Shown: positions 26,416-32,590 of the stretch, in pieces
Numbering within the stretch: position 1 is the stretch's first letter
Layout: each line of letters starts with the position of its first letter
Source: Bacteroidota bacterium
GTDB lineage: Bacteria > Bacteroidota > Bacteroidia > AKYH767-A > OLB10
Reading direction: 5' to 3'
Assembly: GCA_046075765.1 (NCBI GenBank)
Contig: JBJTQS010000170.1
Location: forward strand, 1-32,590
DNA length: 32,590 bases
The notes under the pieces: generated by a model
What the model was told of the DNA's origin: nothing
The model's database searches: none
Seen by the model: the letters and a program-made list of their open reading frames with translations, nothing else
Translations under genes and position numbers: made by a program

Positions 26416-26425
26416 TTCCAAGGCA

Positions 26426-26500
26426 GGGATGTTAGCTCAGTTGGTTCAGAGCACTGCCTCGACAAGGCAGGGGTCACTGGTTCGAGCCCAGTACGTCCCA
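26426..26500 (+). tRNA. tRNA-Val (anticodon GAC), with C at position 33
   Basis: Manual cloverleaf: acceptor GGGATGT/ACGTCCC (one G-U), D arm GCTC-AGTTGGTTCA-GAGC, anticodon arm CTGCC-TCGACAA-GGCAG, variable GGGTC, T arm ACTGG-TTCGAGC-CCAGT, discriminator A. No CCA is encoded. Confidence 0.85.
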
Positions 26501-26501
26501 C

Positions 26502-26528
26502 AAAAACCCTGATTAATTCAGGGTTTTT
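26502..26528. terminator. Bidirectional intrinsic terminator shared by the tRNA (+) and the lipoprotein gene (-)
   Basis: AAAAA-CCCTGA-TTAAT-TCAGGG-TTTTT. The 6-bp stem (26507-26512 / 26518-26523) is flanked by an A5 tract and a T5 tract. The hairpin loop contains the stop codon of the 26513..27058 gene. Confidence 0.65.
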
Positions 26529-27058
26529 CCTTTTACGACCTTTTCATCCAATTTGAATCGGTTCAAGCTTTTCACACGCAGATACAAAAACGCACCTTGA
26601 CTACTTGAGTTCACATTGTATTCGCGTTCGCCATAATTCAAACGCCCACCGCGGTCCCCATTCCAATCCAATGCTTGTAAACAATAATTGCCACCTTGTC
26701 TTTTGATACTGCCAAAAACCAGATATCGGTTATTGCCATCCTCAAAAGAAACTGTTACGCGGTTGCCATCCACTACATCCTTAATCAAACAAGGAGTGCC
26801 TGACTTAATAACCACTCGTTCCAACACCTCATCCTTCATCAATGTCAATTCACCGCCCTCCGTGGTCTTTTTTGCGCCTTGCGAGTATCTGGTAAGAATA
26901 ATAGGTCCACTCACATAAAACTGGATGGATTTCAGATCCTCTTCACTTAGTTTATATTGCTCTCGGAGCTCTTGAGTAAAAATGCGCGTTGGTGTCCCAC
27001 AGGAAGCGAAGATGACCGCAATTGTACTGGCCATCAGGATTTTAATTGCTTTTTGCAT
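26513..27058 (-). CDS. Hypothetical lipoprotein
   Basis: 181 aa with an ATG start and a lipobox signal (MASTIAVIFASCGTP). I recognise no family. Confidence 0.6.
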   Translation of the reverse strand: MQKAIKILMASTIAVIFASCGTPTRIFTQELREQYKLSEEDLKSIQFYVSGPIILTRYSQGAKKTTEGGELTLMKDEVLERVVIKSGTPCLIKDVVDGNRVTVSFEDGNNRYLVFGSIKRQGGNYCLQALDWNGDRGGRLNYGEREYNVNSSSQGAFLYLRVKSLNRFKLDEKVVKGKTLN

Positions 27059-27144
27059 AGTCGATAGGTTGATTAAATGAAGTTTTGCAATAATCGTTCC
27101 AAAAGGCCAAATGAAAGTGTTTACTTTGCCTTAACTGATAAAAC

Positions 27145-27690
27145 ATGCTAGGTCCGATCTATAGGTTTTTCTTCAAAATTAGGGGTTGGAAACTGATTGG
27201 CCAGATCCCTCCCGATTTACCGAAGTTTGTGATGGTGGTTGCCCCTCATACAAGCAACTGGGATTTTTTCGTTGGACTGGGCGCGCGCAGTATGATGGGC
27301 GTTGACACAAGGTTTGTGGGTAAGAAAGAGCTCTTTAAATTCCCTTACGGATGGATTTTCAGGAAGCTGGGTGGATATCCAGTCGATCGTTCTAAAAACA
27401 CCAACATGGTAGATGCTGTCTGTGAAATTTTTGAATCAAAAGACCGTTTCTCCATCTGTCTAACACCCGAAGGAACACGAAGCTATGCCCCCGTTTGGAA
27501 GACAGGTTTCTGGCACATCGCAAACAAACTGCAAATACCTATCGTGATGGTGGCCATGAATTACGAAACCAAAGAAATCGTGATTGAAAAACCGTTTTTC
27601 ACCTCGGGAAATATCGATAACGATGTTGCATTCATGAAAGAACACTTCAAAAAGGTGCCTGGCTATCATCCCGAAAAAGGCGTTCATTAA
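27145..27690 (+). CDS. 1-acyl-sn-glycerol-3-phosphate acyltransferase-family (PlsC-like) protein
   Basis: HxxxxD motif (APHTSNWDF) and LTPEGTRS motif; 181 aa. Confidence 0.8.
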   Translation: MLGPIYRFFFKIRGWKLIGQIPPDLPKFVMVVAPHTSNWDFFVGLGARSMMGVDTRFVGKKELFKFPYGWIFRKLGGYPVDRSKNTNMVDAVCEIFESKDRFSICLTPEGTRSYAPVWKTGFWHIANKLQIPIVMVAMNYETKEIVIEKPFFTSGNIDNDVAFMKEHFKKVPGYHPEKGVH

Positions 27691-29105
27691 TCGAAGAAAC
27701 GATCTGAGAAGTTCACGAGATATAGTTTTTCGGTAGCCCTTGTGACTGCCGTGTATAACCATCGCCAGTAATTTCGGTCGACCATCTCTTCTGTAAGATA
27801 TCCCTGATCTACATATACTGCTTTCCATTGACCACCTTGGGCCTTGTGACAAGTTACGGCATAGCCGAATTTAACTTGCAAAGCTTGGTAATAGGGATCC
27901 GATGCCAACAATGCCGCTCTTGCTGTTTTTGAAAGATCTGGGGAACCACTGGCAATCACAGACTGGAATAATCGGTTCGACTGTTCATTGGTGAGCGAAG
28001 GTGCTTCGGTATGCAAACTGTCGAGATTGATGATGGCATCGAAAGAAGGCAAGTCTGGATAATCAATAAAATCCAAACTCAAGTTTGCGAATCGGAAACC
28101 ATACATTTCACTGAAGCCATTCACGCGTGCTACTCTGAGCATATCACCATTGGCTATAAAGGAAGGACCTGATTCGCCATCCAACCAAAAATAATTGTTC
28201 TTGGTACACATCAAATGATCGCCTGCATTGATCTCTTCGGTAAACCACATTGATCCAAACCTAATCTGTCGGTTATAATTGTTCGCAGACTTATTCGACC
28301 TGCATACCACAATCACTTGGTCGGCGCCATATGATCCGTGATCGCTTGCCAACTGCTCTCCCACATCAGATGAAGTTAATCTGCAAACATCTTTGTATTT
28401 AACATTGAAACGAAAACCATCTACGCCCATGATTTGGTTGCGAAGGGCGGTAGCGTTGAATAAAATTCCACTCTCATGTTCTTGCCTCACAACTTCCGTG
28501 AGTTCAAAATGACCTGCGCGCAATGCAAATCGAGCCATCATATAGCGAACATCCAAGGCCGCACTGTTTTCCTCGCCAACGGGTGGAAGCTGTGCCGAAT
28601 CACCAACCAAAATCAACCTACAACCTTCGCCAGAAGACACATAGCTGACCAAGTCTTGTAATAAATTTCTTGAATAGGCTCCATCACCAGCCGATTGCGA
28701 TGGTATCATCGAAGCCTCATCAACGATGAAAAAAGCATTCTTACTATTGTTAGGCGCCAGCTTCATACTGAAACCTCCCCTATCGCCCATATCCATCCGG
28801 TATATCCGGCGGTGTATCGTTGAAGCCGTTCGGCCAGAATACCCAGACATCACCTTGGCTGCGCGACCGGTAGGAGCCAACAAAACAGCACGGGCTCCAA
28901 TAGACGACAATGATTTCACCAACGCACCAACCATGGTGGTTTTTCCGGTACCCGCATACCCTTTGATAATGTAGGTATCCCCTGTGGTGCTATTAACCAT
29001 GAAATTTGCCAATCGTGAAGCCAAAAGACTTTGCCCCGGGGTTGGCTGAAACCTCAGATTAGCCAAAAGAACCTCGTTTACATGGGATTTGAGCGAATCG
29101 TTCAT
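27687..29105 (-). CDS. SF1B ATP-dependent DNA helicase, RecD/Pif1-like (AAA_30 + UvrD_C_2 type)
   Basis: Walker A GYAGTGKTT, FFIVDEASMI (Walker B), LILVGDSAQLPPV and a C-terminal AVTCHKAQGGQWKAVYV (motif VI-like). Its stop overlaps the convergent PlsC-like gene by 4 nt. Confidence 0.8.
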   Translation of the reverse strand: MNDSLKSHVNEVLLANLRFQPTPGQSLLASRLANFMVNSTTGDTYIIKGYAGTGKTTMVGALVKSLSSIGARAVLLAPTGRAAKVMSGYSGRTASTIHRRIYRMDMGDRGGFSMKLAPNNSKNAFFIVDEASMIPSQSAGDGAYSRNLLQDLVSYVSSGEGCRLILVGDSAQLPPVGEENSAALDVRYMMARFALRAGHFELTEVVRQEHESGILFNATALRNQIMGVDGFRFNVKYKDVCRLTSSDVGEQLASDHGSYGADQVIVVCRSNKSANNYNRQIRFGSMWFTEEINAGDHLMCTKNNYFWLDGESGPSFIANGDMLRVARVNGFSEMYGFRFANLSLDFIDYPDLPSFDAIINLDSLHTEAPSLTNEQSNRLFQSVIASGSPDLSKTARAALLASDPYYQALQVKFGYAVTCHKAQGGQWKAVYVDQGYLTEEMVDRNYWRWLYTAVTRATEKLYLVNFSDRFFD

Positions 29106-29228
29106 TCGAAATTTGAAAAATCTAAAGTTAGCGATTGGCCACCTCTCAAACTTGCTGATGCTAAAAAAAGCCTAAATTTGACTATCGATTGGGAATTCGA
29201 TTTCAATACACCTCCAAGTTACTATATA

Positions 29229-30104
29229 ATGAACACCAAAACCACGGAATTAAAGCCGAGCCTTCGAATAGCAGGTCAAGGCTTTGAGCGGAATGCTTCC
29301 GGGGTTTGTGACATTTACTTGCACGTTGGTTCCAATAGTTTTTCTTGTGCCTCGGCAAGTCCTGCCTCTCGGAGGTTTTTAGGGTTTGAACATTGGGATT
29401 TCGACCATGCGCTTGACGCGGACACATTCAATACCTTGCTGGATGAGTCAACTCTATTAAGCACATCACATCAATACCGCAAAGCGATTTGTAGTCTATC
29501 CGGCAGGGAAACCATGTTCATTCCTGCATCGCTTTTTGATGCCTCTTCAATCAGTGAACAAATGGCTTTGGGTTTCGGATCAGCTGTCTTGAAAAAGCAG
29601 ATTTCAAGTGAAGAAATCCCGATGATGCAAATAAGTAACAGCTTCACCTACGACAGCGAAGTGCATGCTGCTATTGCACAGAGATTACGACACGTTGAAT
29701 TCCACCACTCAGCCGCCCTCAGGCTGCGTTATTTGGCAGCTATTGGCGGTCCAGGTAAAGATGTGTTAGTGCTGGTTGATGTTGATGGAGCATGTATGCA
29801 CATCACTGCTGTTCGATCATCTACGCTGATGTTTCACAACACTTTTGAATTCAAAACTCCGGAAGAATTGACTTACTATCTTCTGTTGGTGTTTGAACAA
29901 TTAAAACTCAATCCCGAAGTTGCAGACGTATTTTTCACTGGAACAACTTCAAAAGAGGATCCGGCCTTTGCCATGGCATGTCGTTATGTGAGCCATTGTA
30001 GATTGGCTGGACTTCCCACTATCTACACTTACGAGTCAGAGTTCTCCTTTCTGGATTCAAACAGGTTTTTCAATCTTTTTTGCGGACCGGTTTGCGTATC
30101 ATAG
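29229..30104 (+). CDS. Hypothetical protein, probably DUF3822 family
   Basis: The track ORF starts at 29031 but would overlap the divergent helicase start. The first ATG clear of it is 29229 (MNTKTTELK). The position immediately upstream of rsmD-coaD matches, from memory, the usual Bacteroidota location of DUF3822. This is not verified by search. Confidence 0.45.
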   Translation: MNTKTTELKPSLRIAGQGFERNASGVCDIYLHVGSNSFSCASASPASRRFLGFEHWDFDHALDADTFNTLLDESTLLSTSHQYRKAICSLSGRETMFIPASLFDASSISEQMALGFGSAVLKKQISSEEIPMMQISNSFTYDSEVHAAIAQRLRHVEFHHSAALRLRYLAAIGGPGKDVLVLVDVDGACMHITAVRSSTLMFHNTFEFKTPEELTYYLLLVFEQLKLNPEVADVFFTGTTSKEDPAFAMACRYVSHCRLAGLPTIYTYESEFSFLDSNRFFNLFCGPVCVS

Positions 30105-30661
30105 CCGGCAAATACAAGGGAAGAACCATCGTCTCACCTCCTAATCTTCCCGTTAGGCCCACCACCGATTTTGCACGGACGGGATTATTCAATCTGCTTT
30201 CAACAAGGGTCGATTTTGAAAATTGTAATTGCCTTGACTTGTTTGCAGGAACAGGTGCTATTTCCTTCGAGCTGGCATCCAGAGGTTGTCCATCCATTTT
30301 AGCCGTTGACCGACACGCAGGATGCACGAATTTCATTGCGTCCATGGCAACCAAATTAGAAGGCTCCAACATACGAACTGTGAAATCAGACGCCTCAAAA
30401 TTCTTGTTGGGATGCAATTTGCAATTCGATTTGATATTCGCTGATCCACCATTCGACATAACATATCGTGAAGACTTGGTAAAATTGATTTTCTCAAAAA
30501 ACATATTAAAACCTGAAGGATATTTGATTCTAGAGCATCCTTCAAAAGAAAAAACAGATACGATTCCCTATTTTGATTTCTCGCGAACCTATGGAAATGT
30601 AGGATTTAGTTTTTTCCGTAAATTTGAAAGTACTGAGCAAGTTACCTCATCAAAAACTTAA
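30092..30661 (+). CDS. rsmD: 16S rRNA (guanine966-N2)-methyltransferase RsmD
   Basis: A TTG at 30092 gives the canonical MRIIAGKYKGRTI N-terminus; the track uses another TTG at 30080. Motifs are LDLFAGTGAISFE (SAM-binding) and FADPPF (DPPF). The gene overlaps the upstream gene by 13-25 nt. Confidence 0.85.
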   Translation: MRIIAGKYKGRTIVSPPNLPVRPTTDFARTGLFNLLSTRVDFENCNCLDLFAGTGAISFELASRGCPSILAVDRHAGCTNFIASMATKLEGSNIRTVKSDASKFLLGCNLQFDLIFADPPFDITYREDLVKLIFSKNILKPEGYLILEHPSKEKTDTIPYFDFSRTYGNVGFSFFRKFESTEQVTSSKT

Positions 30662-30667
30662 CTAATC

Positions 30668-31126
30668 ATGCAACGCATTGCATTGTTTCCCGGCAGCTTT
30701 GATCCAATAACCATTGGTCATGTGGACTTGGTTGTGCGCGCTTCCAAGCTTTTCGATCGAGTGATTGTTGGCGTAGGTACGAATTCCGAAAAAAAATATT
30801 TGTTCGACCAGGAGAAACGTTTGTCTTTGGTTCAAAACGCTTTCAAAGGCCTGGATGACATTGAAGTGATTGCATATAGCGGACTCACCGTAGACTGCTG
30901 CACAAAGCACCAGGCAAATTATATCATTCGCGGAATAAGAAACGCTGCCGATTACGAGTATGAAAAATCGATTTCCATTGTCAACAATTCGATAAACCCC
31001 AGTATCGAAACGGTCTTTCTGCTTTCAAAACCAGAGCATGCTTCCATCTCCTCTACCATCATTCGAGACATCATCCGTAATGGTGGAGACCCAAATCCAT
31101 TTCTGCCAAACGGAGTCAGGATTTGA
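30668..31126 (+). CDS. coaD: Phosphopantetheine adenylyltransferase
   Basis: IALFPGSFDPITIGHVDLV, IRGIRN and ISSTIIRD; 152 aa. Confidence 0.95.
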   Translation: MQRIALFPGSFDPITIGHVDLVVRASKLFDRVIVGVGTNSEKKYLFDQEKRLSLVQNAFKGLDDIEVIAYSGLTVDCCTKHQANYIIRGIRNAADYEYEKSISIVNNSINPSIETVFLLSKPEHASISSTIIRDIIRNGGDPNPFLPNGVRI

Positions 31127-31964
31127 GATAATATTCGCAAAGTCCCGTTATGGGCTTTTGAATGATGCTTCCTGCTTTTAAACCTTTCTCTTCCAAAACC
31201 ACCTGTACGACATCACGAAAGTGATACGCTATGGACCCGGTGAAGTGAACAGGAACCGAATTGTGCTCGGGATAACTTTGGACATTTGTCTCGATGAATT
31301 CGCGGAAACCCTTCAGTAGCAAATCCTCAATGAACGGATGCCCTCTGTGAACGGATAAAAACTTCGCATGAGACGCCAAAAAAACATTGGGCAATGTTTC
31401 GCGATAAACATGCTGCAATGCACTTTCCTTGGTTGTACCGAACATTTCAAAAAAGGCAGAGCGCAAAACTGTAGGCATCAATTCATACAAGTAATACGCG
31501 ACCAATTTCTTGCCGAAATAACTCCCGCTGGCCTCATCACCTAGAATATGTCCAAGCCCATGATGACTTACTAAGCAGGAACCTCCATCGAAGTAGCAAG
31601 AGTTCGATCCGGTACCAATAATGTTTGCAATCCCAGGCTGGCCTTGGCATAAGGCAATAGCACATCCCATCATATCGTGGTCAACCAAAATATCTTTAGC
31701 ACCGAAGACATCTTTTAGAGCCGAAACCACAATAGAGCGTCTATCATCGCTCGAGCAACCCGCACCAAAATATCGAATTGAATCAATGTCCTTGCTCAGT
31801 TCAATCAGTTTATGATTCGCTTTAATTTCGGTGGTTATGTATTCCCTGTCGGTAAACATTGGGTTGAACCCTTTGGTCTCAAAGGAAATTGTTTCACCAC
31901 CTTTCAAAAGAAGTCGCCAATCGGTTTTGGTTGAGCCGCTGTCGGCAATTAACATGTTAGACAT
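31116..31964 (-). CDS. BadF/BadG/BcrA/BcrD-type ATPase, N-acetylglucosamine-kinase-like
   Basis: LIADSGSTKTDWRLL N-terminal phosphate-1 motif and IIGTGSNSCYFDG. It starts 3 nt after the pfkA stop and overlaps the convergent coaD by 11 nt. Confidence 0.7.
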   Translation of the reverse strand: MSNMLIADSGSTKTDWRLLLKGGETISFETKGFNPMFTDREYITTEIKANHKLIELSKDIDSIRYFGAGCSSDDRRSIVVSALKDVFGAKDILVDHDMMGCAIALCQGQPGIANIIGTGSNSCYFDGGSCLVSHHGLGHILGDEASGSYFGKKLVAYYLYELMPTVLRSAFFEMFGTTKESALQHVYRETLPNVFLASHAKFLSVHRGHPFIEDLLLKGFREFIETNVQSYPEHNSVPVHFTGSIAYHFRDVVQVVLEEKGLKAGSIIQKPITGLCEYYLKS

Positions 31965-31967
31965 AAT

Positions 31968-32590
31968 TCAAATGCTGGTTAAATATGCCAACCTGATCAA
32001 TTCGGAATCAGGCGAATGTTCGGCTGAAACACAGGTTGCATAGGGAGTGAATACCACTTGGTTGTTGACGAGGCCGGCCATGGCATCGGATTTTCCTGAC
32101 ACGAGACCTTCCACAGCAGCAACACCGAGTCGCGTACCTAAAATGCGATCGAATGCGGAAGGGGCTCCACCCCGTTGTATATGGCCTAAAACCGTCACTC
32201 GAGTATCATATTCGGGAGCGAGCCTCCTAACCTCCTCAGCCATTTTGAAAGCACCGCCTGCTTCATCGCCCTCGGATACCACTACAATATTAGAAGACTT
32301 GTTTCTGTTGCCACCGGCACGAAGTGATGCCACTAAGGCATTAACATCTGTCACGGTTTCTGGAAGCAGAATGGATTCGGCACCTGACGCCAAACCCACC
32401 GATAAGGCAATATGGCCTGAGTGTCGGCCCATCACCTCCACGAAAAACAAACGATCGTGCGAATTGGCCGTATCTCGAATCTTGTCAATAGCATCCACAG
32501 CCGTGTTCACTGCGGTATCAAAACCCAAAGTATAATCAGTACCAGCCAAATCATTATCGATGGTTCCAGGCACTCCAACAGAATGTATTC
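31968..32590 (-). CDS. pfkA: ATP-dependent 6-phosphofructokinase; N-terminal part lies beyond the window edge
   Basis: The frame stays open to the window end (IHSVGVPGTIDND...). The track's M at 32573 is an internal GTG. Motifs are GVPGTIDND, VEVMGRHSGHIAL and LGHIQRGG. Confidence 0.9.
   Translation of the reverse strand, partial: IHSVGVPGTIDNDLAGTDYTLGFDTAVNTAVDAIDKIRDTANSHDRLFFVEVMGRHSGHIALSVGLASGAESILLPETVTDVNALVASLRAGGNRNKSSNIVVVSEGDEAGGAFKMAEEVRRLAPEYDTRVTVLGHIQRGGAPSAFDRILGTRLGVAAVEGLVSGKSDAMAGLVNNQVVFTPYATCVSAEHSPDSELIRLAYLTSI

Noticed and set aside
29031-29228. N-terminal extension of the DUF3822-like ORF as given in the track (start 29031).
   Set aside because: It would overlap the divergent helicase start codon region (to 29105) and leave no promoter space. 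The ATG at 29229 gives a protein of the expected size.
30070-30504. A 144-aa ORF antisense to rsmD.
   Set aside because: The RsmD frame carries the SAM-binding and DPPF motifs. The antisense product has none.
32047-32535. A 162-aa plus-strand ORF antisense to pfkA.
   Set aside because: The P/S/T/A-rich translation is characteristic of the reverse frame of a G/A/V-rich glycolytic enzyme. The pfkA motifs are unambiguous on the minus strand.
1-32590. CRISPR arrays, rRNA genes, insertion sequences, integrases, toxin-antitoxin pairs and known defence-system genes.
   Set aside because: I saw no repeat-spacer periodicity, no transposase, integrase or recombinase-like ORFs and no terminal inverted repeats flanking genes. 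The only helicase is a stand-alone RecD/Pif1-like housekeeping type with no nuclease or methylase partners.

Overview
This window looks like a chromosomal core region of a Bacteroidota genome, probably from the Flavobacteriia/Cytophagia-like part of the FCB group. Evidence: a T9SS-type C-terminal domain, a PorV/PorQ-type barrel, a CarboxypepD_reg/TonB-dependent-type receptor, a GH3-family gene, a DUF3822-rsmD-coaD arrangement, TAnnTTTG-type promoter boxes, and no obvious Shine-Dalgarno sequences. All family names come from motif recognition by eye; no HMM or BLAST search was run.

Coding density is high. I call 28 protein genes, two of them cut by the window edges, plus one tRNA.

Housekeeping genes recognised: ruvC, a HIT-family gene, greA, smc, dnaX, icd, rsmD, coaD, pfkA (partial), a PlsC-like acyltransferase, an SF1B RecD/Pif1-like helicase, a LysE-family exporter and a BadF/BadG-type sugar kinase-like ATPase.

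I saw no CRISPR array, rRNA, transposase, integrase or prophage content.

Two clusters deserve a second look:
- A tightly packed three-gene outer-membrane operon on the minus strand (12473 down to 3502). It encodes a 1250-aa CarboxypepD_reg/TonB-dependent-type barrel, a 1363-aa secreted protein with a T9SS-CTD-like tail, and its own PorV/PorQ-family barrel. An intrinsic terminator closes it.
- A five-gene minus-strand cluster (20927 down to 16880). It encodes a YkgJ Cys-cluster protein, a FemAB/CelD-like GNAT-fold acyltransferase, a thioredoxin-fold protein, a lipoprotein fusing a c-type heme motif to a PHM/DBH-like copper monooxygenase, and a small, extremely basic secreted protein.

Both clusters are built from recognisable families with no characterised function in this arrangement. 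Novelty cannot be established from sequence alone.

Smaller oddities are a tRNA-Val(GAC) with C instead of the near-universal U at position 33, a GH3/LysE gene pair, direct repeats upstream of the outer-membrane operon, and a roughly 107-nt imperfect palindrome in the leader of a small membrane-protein gene.
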